Part shown: positions 30,629 through 39,681 of the stretch, in pieces
Position numbering within the stretch: the first letter of the stretch is position 1
Layout: each line of letters starts with the position of its first letter
Assembly (NCBI GenBank): GCA_965221955.1
Contig: CBDCTA010000004.1
Location: 1-64,000, forward strand
Direction of reading: 5' to 3'
DNA length: 64,000 nt
From: Gammaproteobacteria bacterium
GTDB taxonomy: Bacteria > Pseudomonadota > Gammaproteobacteria > UBA4575
Notes under the pieces: generated by a model
The model's database searches: none
Seen by the model: the letters and a program-made list of their open reading frames with translations, nothing else
Told to the model about the DNA's origin: nothing
Translations under genes and position numbers: made by a program

Positions 30629-31489
30629 ATGAAAGGGGAGTTTGTTTCTACACTCATTCGTGCTGATTCGTTTTGGTCAGAAACCTTTCTGTATGTTTTT
30701 TTGACTATTTTTTTACTCATCTCATTATTATTTTTCATAAAGCTCGCAGGAAAAAAAGTCTCGTCAGAAAAACTTGTTCATTTACAGCAATCTGGTGCCG
30801 CTGCAGCCGTTGATTTTGTTTTAACATTTCCCATCTTTATGGTTGTTTTGTTTCTCACCATTCAGTTTGCATTGGTCACTATTGCTTCAATTCATGTGCA
30901 CTATGCGGCATATAGTGCTGCGCACAGTGCTAGAGTTCATTATTTTGACACCTCTACTGATGCGGTTCGAAGTATTAAACATGCGCAAGATCTTTTAGAG
31001 CAGCGCTTTGGAATTGGGTTCATTAATTTAGAAAATGCATTGACTTTTAAAAAAGCAAATGAATCCAAGGCAGAGCAAAAAGCACATGATGCGGCAAAAA
31101 TGGCATTGATTGCAGTAGGGTCACCTAAAAAAGATATTGTCAGTATTCCAAATACTGGCTCAAATGCATGGCAAGGAATGGATACGTATCTTCCTGCCTT
31201 AGCTCAGCAAGATGGAACTTCTGGCACAAATGTATTTCGCCGCAAAGCAAGTTATGCCTTTGATGATAGCAATCTAACACTTGATGTAGATTTAGATATA
31301 AATGTAGCTCAAGCAATTGTGGGTGGACTTACAGGCAAAAATATTTTTCAGGTCACGGAATGGCCAGTGAAAGCTGAAGTTACTTTTAAATATATTCTTG
31401 CGGTGCCATTAGCGGGAAAGATATTAGGCACTAAAGGTTCTCATGGATTTTACTATCGTGATTTGCACGCAACTATTTCATTGCTTTAA
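30629..31489 (+). CDS. TadE-like pseudopilin with an extra N-terminal TM helix
   Basis: QSG|AAAAVDFVLTFPIF...HYAAYSAAHSARV. Confidence 0.75.
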   Translation: MKGEFVSTLIRADSFWSETFLYVFLTIFLLISLLFFIKLAGKKVSSEKLVHLQQSGAAAAVDFVLTFPIFMVVLFLTIQFALVTIASIHVHYAAYSAAHSARVHYFDTSTDAVRSIKHAQDLLEQRFGIGFINLENALTFKKANESKAEQKAHDAAKMALIAVGSPKKDIVSIPNTGSNAWQGMDTYLPALAQQDGTSGTNVFRRKASYAFDDSNLTLDVDLDINVAQAIVGGLTGKNIFQVTEWPVKAEVTFKYILAVPLAGKILGTKGSHGFYYRDLHATISLL

Positions 31490-31491
31490 GA

Positions 31492-32997
31492 ATGAATCAA
31501 ATTAAAACACCTAAGCATCAGCGTGGCCAATTAATGATTTTAGCAATGTTTGGAATGGTGCCTTTGGTTTTGTTAATTGCATTTATATTTAATACAGGTG
31601 AACACATATCTTCTAAAATTAGAGTACAAAATGCAGCAGATGCTGCTGCGATGTCACAAGCGACGTGGGCCGCGCGCTCGATGAATGTCATGTCGATTAA
31701 TAACACGGCTTTATCACAAACTTATAGCGTGACCATTGTAGGTTATTCAGCATATGCAGTGATGGTTGATGCATTGCGATTAATGATAAAAGAGCAAAAA
31801 GAAATTTTGGACATGGTTAAAGTTTGTAATGCACTACCTTGTGTAGAAGTAGTTACCTGTGCAGCGAAAACAGCTTGTTATGTATACCCTGCGGCAAGAG
31901 AAGGGTTCTTATTGGGTGAGATTCTTCCGCGGTGGGTTTCTATTGTAGAAGATTTAGGGGTAGGCGATTTTGATAGTGGATTCATCACACCTAGCAAAAT
32001 GATTGAATATCATGAAATTACGGAAGCCTTATCTGCAATGAATGATGAAATTGTGACGAAATTTCCTGAATATAGTAAGACTGTTTCAAAAGAAGTGGCA
32101 AAAATTAATGGGCTGACCGATGTTCCTCGTTTTTTTGCTGGCTATAAAGGGGACGGCGTTGCCAAGAGAGAAAGCTATTTAACCACTGGTTTACCAGTTA
32201 AAAAAGTAGAGTTTCTTCAAGGAGCCTTTAAATCTGTTTTTGGAATTGCGCCTTTAAAATCGACGTCTGAAAAAGGTACACACGATGTGACTTATAGTTC
32301 TTTATTAAAACGCTATCATGATTTTGATAGACATGGTTATACAAAGGATGGTTCAAACAGAAAAGGCTACAAAAAAGGACGTGGCCCTCATTCAGTTGCC
32401 TATAACCAAACAAAAGCTGCTGTTGATAGGTTAACAGGAAAAGACGGCTTAAATCGTTCCCCCATACCTAGCATCATTCCACCAAAGCTGCCTGGACCGG
32501 GCAAAAAAGTAAAACGTGATTTCAGTGATGTGGAAGATTCTTGCTGGAATATTATGTCTCCATTACAAAATCTACCTTTAGATAAATACATTGGTACAGG
32601 TTGTTTAGTGCCGGTCCCAAATGTATTTAATGCCTTATCTATTTATGAGCTCGAACAAGATTTTTTAACACAAGCTATTGGCGCAAGTTATTGGACGGAT
32701 CCAAATGATTTAAGCATTTTATCTTATGTAGAACGTTCAAGAATGGGTGGTGAAATTCTTACAACTTATTTTAATACACCGGTGAAAGCAGAATTTGGTT
32801 ACGCACAAGCAGAAATTTATAACGATAAACATCCAGACTTATATTCACAATATTGGCGTGCAGTTTTGCGGCCTAGCACACTTCTTGAGTCAGATAAGCG
32901 TGATGATGCAATTTTGGCATCTCAAGACTTTACTGAGCTTAATACTTTTTTAAATACCTTCTCCAAACAACAACATGAGTATTTAAGTGCACACTAG
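31492..32997 (+). CDS. TadG-like pilus tip/anchor protein
   Basis: QRG|QLMILAM...FNTG...RVQNAADAAA; Cys-rich insert; W.AVLRP near the C-terminus. Confidence 0.75.
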   Translation: MNQIKTPKHQRGQLMILAMFGMVPLVLLIAFIFNTGEHISSKIRVQNAADAAAMSQATWAARSMNVMSINNTALSQTYSVTIVGYSAYAVMVDALRLMIKEQKEILDMVKVCNALPCVEVVTCAAKTACYVYPAAREGFLLGEILPRWVSIVEDLGVGDFDSGFITPSKMIEYHEITEALSAMNDEIVTKFPEYSKTVSKEVAKINGLTDVPRFFAGYKGDGVAKRESYLTTGLPVKKVEFLQGAFKSVFGIAPLKSTSEKGTHDVTYSSLLKRYHDFDRHGYTKDGSNRKGYKKGRGPHSVAYNQTKAAVDRLTGKDGLNRSPIPSIIPPKLPGPGKKVKRDFSDVEDSCWNIMSPLQNLPLDKYIGTGCLVPVPNVFNALSIYELEQDFLTQAIGASYWTDPNDLSILSYVERSRMGGEILTTYFNTPVKAEFGYAQAEIYNDKHPDLYSQYWRAVLRPSTLLESDKRDDAILASQDFTELNTFLNTFSKQQHEYLSAH

Positions 32998-33571
32998 ATT
33001 TAAACAATATGGAATTGCGTCTGTAGAAGCAGTGTTTATTTTTCCTGTTCTACTTTTGCTCTTTTTAGTCATGTTGCATATTACGAAAGCAATGATGACA
33101 AATATTGATGTTATAAATGAATCAAGATTGTCCGCTTGGGGGGATGCGATCGGAATATTTGGCGATATTAGAATTTATAAGCCTGTAGCTAAGAGTGGGG
33201 CAACTATAGATACGTCGATATCAAGTGTTAACCCTCCTAACTCATCGAGTCTAATTGATGATATGAGATCGGCTGGCTCTAGAAAATACAATAATTCAAA
33301 TTCACTTACTAAAATTTTATATAACCAAGACCTTGGCATTAAGTTAGCAAGCTCTTCAACAAGTTATAACACAACGCGTGGTAAGTTAAATTGGTCTTTT
33401 GATGTTGAAAAAAGTTATGCAATAGTACCAACACCTATTTGGACTGCAGACGATATTCCATACGGTTATGATAAATACTTAAAGGATACATTGGATAGCA
33501 AATGTCTATTTACAAGAATGTTTCCTAAAGTGCCACCTTATCGAACACCAGATTGTAAGAAATGGTTATGA
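32987..33571 (+). CDS. TadE/TadF-like pseudopilin
   Basis: YG|IASVEAVFIFPVLLLLF...SRLSAW. Confidence 0.7.
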   Translation: MHTRFKQYGIASVEAVFIFPVLLLLFLVMLHITKAMMTNIDVINESRLSAWGDAIGIFGDIRIYKPVAKSGATIDTSISSVNPPNSSSLIDDMRSAGSRKYNNSNSLTKILYNQDLGIKLASSSTSYNTTRGKLNWSFDVEKSYAIVPTPIWTADDIPYGYDKYLKDTLDSKCLFTRMFPKVPPYRTPDCKKWL

Positions 33572-34383
33572 GACCGAAACATATTTGCTGTGCGAATCTA
33601 ATTGTTATTTTATTTGCATGCATTATATTAATGAGAGCGGACATTGTTAAAGCGGATGTCTATATGGATTTTTCTGAGAGTTTGCTTTCTACGGCTAGTT
33701 TGCTCAACGCAAATACTTCTGATTCTCAAGACAGGCACATTATCTTAAATGGTGTGCCGCTCACTACACGTATTTATAAAGTTAACATAAAGCATAATCG
33801 GGCAATTGAAAATGTCACAAATTATTTTCATAAGCCAAAACATTACGAAAAAGTTACACAAGACGAGATATCTCAGATACTTTCTGAGCCTACAGTGGTT
33901 GTGACCAAGGAGTGGTCTGCGCTATACAACATAAATCTTGATGACGCTCATGCGAGGTCAGATGTGAATTTTATTACCTTTGCTAAAAAAATCTCTCACA
34001 ATGAATCTCAAATCTTTGAACTGAAATTTGACAATGCTGAGGATATGAAAGACTTGTTATTTAAAATGCAAGGTGATGTTACATGTAATGAAGTTTTTTC
34101 AATACAGCGGATCCCAAATTCAAGGAGGAAGTTTTGTTTAACAGAACTTACTGAAAGCAAAATTCTTTTTCAAATTGTTATTTATGAAGGGAAGGGCAAC
34201 CCTGTAAATCGTGCTAATCACTATCAAATTGAGCTGCTTAATCAGGATTACCGTTTGGATATGATTGATACCCAATCACATGATAGAGCAATTATTTTTG
34301 CATCGAACGAGATTAGTAGGACGACTATCTTTACATATAAAATGAGTAACAAGGTACTAGATGTTGTTCAGTTTCAATTTTAA
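33562..34383 (+). CDS. Exported hypothetical protein in the Tad operon
   Basis: N-terminal hydrophobic signal; overlaps the upstream gene. Confidence 0.6.
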   Translation: MVMRPKHICCANLIVILFACIILMRADIVKADVYMDFSESLLSTASLLNANTSDSQDRHIILNGVPLTTRIYKVNIKHNRAIENVTNYFHKPKHYEKVTQDEISQILSEPTVVVTKEWSALYNINLDDAHARSDVNFITFAKKISHNESQIFELKFDNAEDMKDLLFKMQGDVTCNEVFSIQRIPNSRRKFCLTELTESKILFQIVIYEGKGNPVNRANHYQIELLNQDYRLDMIDTQSHDRAIIFASNEISRTTIFTYKMSNKVLDVVQFQF

Positions 34384-34406
34384 AAAGTAAAACAATAAGG
34401 CTTCAT

Positions 34407-35198
34407 ATGAATAAGTTATTACTAGTAATTGGTTTGGTTCTTGGGCTTGTCACGGCATGGCTATTGTATAGCTATACCTCTAAGCTTGAGCGAGCACAAG
34501 TAAGTGCGCCCTTTATTAAATTAAGTTCATCTATTTCACTTTCTACTGGTGAAACTCTTGAATCTAATCACTTAGAATCAATTTCGTTACCCGAAAAGTT
34601 TGCTTCACTCGCAAGTTTTGCAATACCTGATAATCAAGATAATCGAAATTGGATAATAGGAAAGCGTGTAAATAAAGATGTTAAAGCAGGATCGCTATTG
34701 CAATATGATTTTTTTAGCGATGAGCCAGAAGAAAGATTTTCTGCAACAATTGAAAAAAATAAGCGTGCAATGACGATTCCCGTTAGCCCAAGCAGCTCAG
34801 TATCGTATTTTGTAGAACCAGGTAGTAGGGTTGATTTGGTCGGTACTCTACGATTAGATCTGAGTGAGGATGTACAAGTGCCTGTACCCTCCAGCATTCG
34901 TGACAATATCGCTACTGAAAGCACTACAATCCCTCAACTTGTATCAAGAAGTGTAACAAAGACTTTATTGCAGAATGTAAAAGTTTTAGCTGTAGGTAGA
35001 GCGACTACACGCGGAAGCTATTTAGGTGTCGCAGATGATGGATATAGGAATATTACACTTGAAGTTACACCATATCAGGCTGAAAAACTAATATTCGCAA
35101 TGTCTAATCTTGTTAGTGAACCGATTATTCTGCTAAGAAATCCTGTAGACGATACAGTTGAAGACATACCTGTTGTGAATTGGAAAGACTTAAACTAG
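34407..35198 (+). CDS. cpaB: Flp pilus assembly protein CpaB/RcpC
   Basis: TM + SAF domain; KRAMTIPV...PGSRVDL...LLQNVKVLAVG...TLEVTP.QAEKL...LRNP.D. Confidence 0.9.
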   Translation: MNKLLLVIGLVLGLVTAWLLYSYTSKLERAQVSAPFIKLSSSISLSTGETLESNHLESISLPEKFASLASFAIPDNQDNRNWIIGKRVNKDVKAGSLLQYDFFSDEPEERFSATIEKNKRAMTIPVSPSSSVSYFVEPGSRVDLVGTLRLDLSEDVQVPVPSSIRDNIATESTTIPQLVSRSVTKTLLQNVKVLAVGRATTRGSYLGVADDGYRNITLEVTPYQAEKLIFAMSNLVSEPIILLRNPVDDTVEDIPVVNWKDLN

Positions 35199-35207
35199 AA
35201 AATTGCG

Positions 35208-37109
35208 ATGGAACTTTCAATCTTTAATACATTAACGGGTGAGAAAAATACTCATCCGATTTTGTCGAAAGAGATACGGATCGGTCGAAATCCAAATCAA
35301 TCATCCGATACGAATGGTGAGGATGAGCTTGATGGCGTACAAAAAATTACATTGGCAAGCAAAATTGTTTCTAAGCATCACCTCACATTACATCATGCAG
35401 ATGATACTTGGTTGCTCAAGCATCTCGGCACTAATGATACGTTTATCAATGAACAAGAAGTATCTCATGGGCAAGTGCTTACGATAACAAGTGAAGATGA
35501 AATAAAGTTTGGAGAATTTTTATTAAATATTGCTAAAGACAAAATCAGTCAAGAGTTTGAGAGTCCTGAGCAAGAAACCAGATTGCTTGAGTTAGAGAAA
35601 TCAATTCATGAGCAATTATTATCGGCGTTAGATTTACGTAGAAGTGGAGCCAGTATTAATCTAGAGGATGAAGCGACAAAAAATAATATTGTAAAGTTTT
35701 TGAATGATATTGTAGCGAATCGATTAGAAGAAATAAGTGAAGATGAAATCAAAAATATTACAAGGACGGCCATACTTAGAAAATTAACTCATGAAGTAAC
35801 AGCAGTTGGTGGTAATACATCTAAGAACACTTGGGATTATGCAATATCGTTTGATAGTTCATCTTTAAATAAACAGCTCCATGATATGTTGAAATCCATT
35901 GCAAGCCAATTAGGTTTAGCAATGAATAAGAAATCTTTAGAAGAGGATTGCAAAAATATTGATCTAAATTTTGATGATATTTATAAAAATTATGAACTGG
36001 AGTTTTCACAAGGTGTAAAACGAGATATTGCTGAAAGTTTTATTAAAAAAAATATTCTCGATTTGATATTTGGATTAGGGCCTCTACAAGACTTGATGGA
36101 AATGGACAGTGTCTCAGAGGTGATGGTTGTATCGAAAGATAAGATCTTTATCGAAAAATTTGGAATTGTAGAGGATTCAAGACGAAAATTTATTTCTGAT
36201 GCGCTCTTACTAGCTACGATAGAAAGAATTGTATCTCCAATTGGTAGACGTATAGATAAGAGCTCTCCAATGGTCGATGCACATTTGCCTGATGGATCTA
36301 GGGTGAACGCCATAATTCCTCCTCTGGCGCTAAAAGGTCCATGTGTAACGATTCGCAAGTTTGCACAAGTTCCACTCACGATTGATGACTTAATTGGATT
36401 TGAAGCCTTAACAAATCAGGTTTCAAAATTTTTGCAAGCCAGTGTGGCAGGTGAAAAAAATATTGTAATTTCGGGTGGTACCGGCTCTGGTAAAACGACT
36501 TTACTCAATTGTGTGTCCGCTTTTATTCCGCGTAAAGATCGAATCGTTACTATTGAAGACACTGCAGAATTACAGTTGAAACAGGAACATGTCGTTTCCC
36601 TTGAATCTAGGCCCGCAAATATGGAAGGCAAGGGTGAAATAACCATTCGTGATTTAGTTAAAAATGCTTTACGAATGCGTCCAGATCGAATTGTAGTAGG
36701 TGAGTGCAGAGGTGCTGAAGCTTTAGACATGTTGCAAGCCATGAATACTGGTCACGATGGATCAATGACTACTGGCCATGCAAATTCACCTGAGGACATG
36801 ATGAGAAGGTTGGAAGTGATGGTGTTAACCGGTACAGATATGCCAATTTCTGCAATACGTGAACAAATTGTCTCTGCAGTTGATTTGGTTGTTCAGCTTA
36901 ATCGATTATCAGATGGCAGTAGAAAAATTACTTGCATATCAGAAGTTATAGGTATTGATGAAAACACGGGTGAAATCATTACAGAAGATATTTTCAAACT
37001 TAAACAAGTTTTTGGATCAACAAGCCAAATTTTTCATACAGGCTATATTCCAACTTTTGTGCAAGATTTACTAAATAAAGAAATCATGACGTTGGACACA
37101 TTTTTTTAA
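35208..37109 (+). CDS. FHA-domain-fused CpaF/TadA ATPase
   Basis: N-terminal IGR...VSKHH...TNDTFIN (FHA); [40 protein letters not shown]. Confidence 0.9.
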   Translation: MELSIFNTLTGEKNTHPILSKEIRIGRNPNQSSDTNGEDELDGVQKITLASKIVSKHHLTLHHADDTWLLKHLGTNDTFINEQEVSHGQVLTITSEDEIKFGEFLLNIAKDKISQEFESPEQETRLLELEKSIHEQLLSALDLRRSGASINLEDEATKNNIVKFLNDIVANRLEEISEDEIKNITRTAILRKLTHEVTAVGGNTSKNTWDYAISFDSSSLNKQLHDMLKSIASQLGLAMNKKSLEEDCKNIDLNFDDIYKNYELEFSQGVKRDIAESFIKKNILDLIFGLGPLQDLMEMDSVSEVMVVSKDKIFIEKFGIVEDSRRKFISDALLLATIERIVSPIGRRIDKSSPMVDAHLPDGSRVNAIIPPLALKGPCVTIRKFAQVPLTIDDLIGFEALTNQVSKFLQASVAGEKNIVISGGTGSGKTTLLNCVSAFIPRKDRIVTIEDTAELQLKQEHVVSLESRPANMEGKGEITIRDLVKNALRMRPDRIVVGECRGAEALDMLQAMNTGHDGSMTTGHANSPEDMMRRLEVMVLTGTDMPISAIREQIVSAVDLVVQLNRLSDGSRKITCISEVIGIDENTGEIITEDIFKLKQVFGSTSQIFHTGYIPTFVQDLLNKEIMTLDTFF

Positions 37110-37958
37110 ATGAGTATTTTATTGCCAATATTGGGTTTTTTTGCTGTATTGCTACTAGCGTTGTCATTGCCAAGCGCTTTAGAATCGTTGGCAAAAAATT
37201 TAGCTTCTACGGCAAAAGAAAAAACAGGTATTGCAACGAATACACAAAGTGTATTAGGTATTCATCCTGATAAATTATTTCGTGTTATAGGTATTGTGGC
37301 TGTAGTTATTGCCATACTTGTTTGGCTTGTAACGAACAGCATACTGATAAGTCTGATATTTTTTGCCATCACATTTTTTATTCCAAAATTGATTCAAAGC
37401 TATAACCAAAGTATTCGTCTCATTGAGTTTGATGAGCGTTTGCCAGCCGCGTTGGATCAAATGAGCAGTTCTGCTAAAGCAGGTATGAGCTTGGCGCAAA
37501 CAATTGAAGAAGTCGGTTTAAATTCTCCTAAGCCTATTAATGAAGAATTTTTAACAATGCATCAAGAGCATAAATTAGGTACTGATCTGAGTCAGACTAT
37601 TATAAACGCACGTCAAAGGATAAAAAGCAAACCCTTTTCATTAGTTGCTTCCGCTCTGTTGGTAAATATTGACAAAGGTGGAAATCTTCCTGATGCATTA
37701 GAAACACTCTCTATTTCGTTAAAAGAAATTTGGCGTTTGGAACAAAAGCTTATTACTTCATCAGCTGAAGGTAGAAAAGCAATGTGGGTGATCAGTGCTG
37801 TTCCTATTTTTATCGCCTTGCTCGTGTTTGCGTTACAACCTGAACTAATTTCAGGGCTAACGGGGTCATTGTTGGGGATTACTATACTAGTAATTGCAAT
37901 ATTGACCTATGTTTTGGGTTTGTATTGGTTAAGAAACATACTTAACCAGGAAATATAA
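37110..37958 (+). CDS. tadB: TadB (T2SS-F family) inner-membrane platform protein
   Basis: FDERLPAALD...AGMSL, GGNLPDALE, SAEGR. Confidence 0.85.
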   Translation: MSILLPILGFFAVLLLALSLPSALESLAKNLASTAKEKTGIATNTQSVLGIHPDKLFRVIGIVAVVIAILVWLVTNSILISLIFFAITFFIPKLIQSYNQSIRLIEFDERLPAALDQMSSSAKAGMSLAQTIEEVGLNSPKPINEEFLTMHQEHKLGTDLSQTIINARQRIKSKPFSLVASALLVNIDKGGNLPDALETLSISLKEIWRLEQKLITSSAEGRKAMWVISAVPIFIALLVFALQPELISGLTGSLLGITILVIAILTYVLGLYWLRNILNQEI

Positions 37959-37960
37959 CG

Positions 37961-38845
37961 ATGTTATCTACACTACTTCCTATATTGGGCGGCATTTCAA
38001 TATTTTTGCTTAGTTTTGTATTGATAACATGGTTTTACCGTTATGCAATAGATGTTGAAGTAGATGAAATTAATAAGAATGTAATTTCTGGAACCTTCCT
38101 TGAGCCGATCGTCGCAAGATTAAGTAAGTTTAATCATTTTTTGCAGTTTGATAATTTAGCCAGTTCAATAGATCGAAAACTAGTTTTAGCAGGCAACCCT
38201 GGGAAAGGGTTAAATGGCTATGAGTATATTTCTATTACTCAACTCATAGGTCTTCTTGTATTTGTCATTTTTCTCTTAGCACTTATATCTATGGGCATGT
38301 TTTCTTCTTTTACATTTATTTTGGTGATGATTATTACCATAATCGTCATTTGGGTATCGTTTGAGTGGCTAAATAATCAAGTTTCTTTTAGAAGGAAAGA
38401 AATTTCTAGATTATTTCCTTATTTTCTCGATCTCAGCGTGATGACCATGGAAGCAGGCACGAGTTTTCTTGAGACAGTAGATATTTACATTCGTGATAAT
38501 CCTAAAAATGCATTAACAGAAGAACTAACCATGTTTGCATCTGAAGTTAATATGGGTACGACTTTTGAAGAAGCGTTAATTAATTTTGAACACCGTATCA
38601 GCGCAGAAGAGGTCCAAAACACCTTGCGAGCTATACGGCAAGGTCAAAAAATGGGCACACCTATGGCCAATATACTGCGTGATCAAGCTGAAACCGTTCG
38701 CTTTAAAAGAACTCAAAATGCTGAGAGAGCTGCAGAAGAAATGAAAGTAAAACTGCAAGGTCCAGCAATGTTACTAATGGTTTCTGTATTGTTAATAATT
38801 TTAGGCCCGGCATTGGTTGAAGTGATAAACAGTGGGGTTTTCTGA
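37961..38845 (+). CDS. tadC: TadC (T2SS-F family) inner-membrane platform protein
   Basis: PYFLDL...MEAG.SF, GTPMA.ILR.QA...AERAA..M.VKL. Confidence 0.85.
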   Translation: MLSTLLPILGGISIFLLSFVLITWFYRYAIDVEVDEINKNVISGTFLEPIVARLSKFNHFLQFDNLASSIDRKLVLAGNPGKGLNGYEYISITQLIGLLVFVIFLLALISMGMFSSFTFILVMIITIIVIWVSFEWLNNQVSFRRKEISRLFPYFLDLSVMTMEAGTSFLETVDIYIRDNPKNALTEELTMFASEVNMGTTFEEALINFEHRISAEEVQNTLRAIRQGQKMGTPMANILRDQAETVRFKRTQNAERAAEEMKVKLQGPAMLLMVSVLLIILGPALVEVINSGVF

Positions 38846-39681
38846 TGGCAGCAACAACAATTATTAATCCAACATTAATAGCCTTATCTGGCCCGCTTAA
38901 AAGAAAAAAGGTACTTGTATCAAAAGACAGCTTTGTTTTAGGCAACAATCACACTGCGGATTTAAAAGTACCTGGAGAACGTGTTGCTAAAATTCATGCT
39001 GTTATAGAAAAAGATCAATTTGGCACATGGCAAATAATCTCTAAGTCTGATGCTGGAGTTCTTGTAAACAAGCAACACGTTGAAAAAGCAACATTAAATA
39101 TTGGTGATTTAATTCAAGTTGGTGAAACGACGTTATTCAAATTTGAAGGTAAGGTAGCGAAAACAAGCAGAGATAGAAATAAAGAAGTTTTACAATCTTC
39201 TGAAGGTGTAAAAATTAAAAAACCAGTTTTATATCTTCTTGGAGCATATTTATTGTTAATGGCTGGTGTTGGTATATATCTATCATTAGATTTTTCAACA
39301 GAAACTGAGACAGGATTATCGAATGAATACGTTAGCAGTGTATTAGACTCTACAAAAGAGTATCTAATCAATTTAACACCTGACGCAAAAACTAATTCTT
39401 CTGATATTTTGTTTGATAAAAATAGAGATATTTCAGCTACTTATTACAATATTAAAAATTCAACGATTTCTGGCACAAAAAATAGTCTCGTGGATAGTTT
39501 GATTGCTGAATTAGAAAATTCATTTTTTAGAGCCTGGAAGTTAGAACGGACAAAAAATTATCAAGAAGCGTTAGCAGAATATCAAAGAATATTGAATCTT
39601 GTGCCTGACAATCAAGCAGTTACTACTAAAGTTGCAAGCTGGCGTATTAATGTTATTAAGGATAAGAGCCGTAAAAGATGA
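38845..39681 (+). CDS. Degenerate FHA domain - TM - C-terminal TPR-like protein
   Basis: FVLGN...VAKIHAVI...GVLVN...L.IGDLIQVG; one TM; YQEALAEYQRILNLVPD. Confidence 0.7.
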   Translation: MAATTIINPTLIALSGPLKRKKVLVSKDSFVLGNNHTADLKVPGERVAKIHAVIEKDQFGTWQIISKSDAGVLVNKQHVEKATLNIGDLIQVGETTLFKFEGKVAKTSRDRNKEVLQSSEGVKIKKPVLYLLGAYLLLMAGVGIYLSLDFSTETETGLSNEYVSSVLDSTKEYLINLTPDAKTNSSDILFDKNRDISATYYNIKNSTISGTKNSLVDSLIAELENSFFRAWKLERTKNYQEALAEYQRILNLVPDNQAVTTKVASWRINVIKDKSRKR

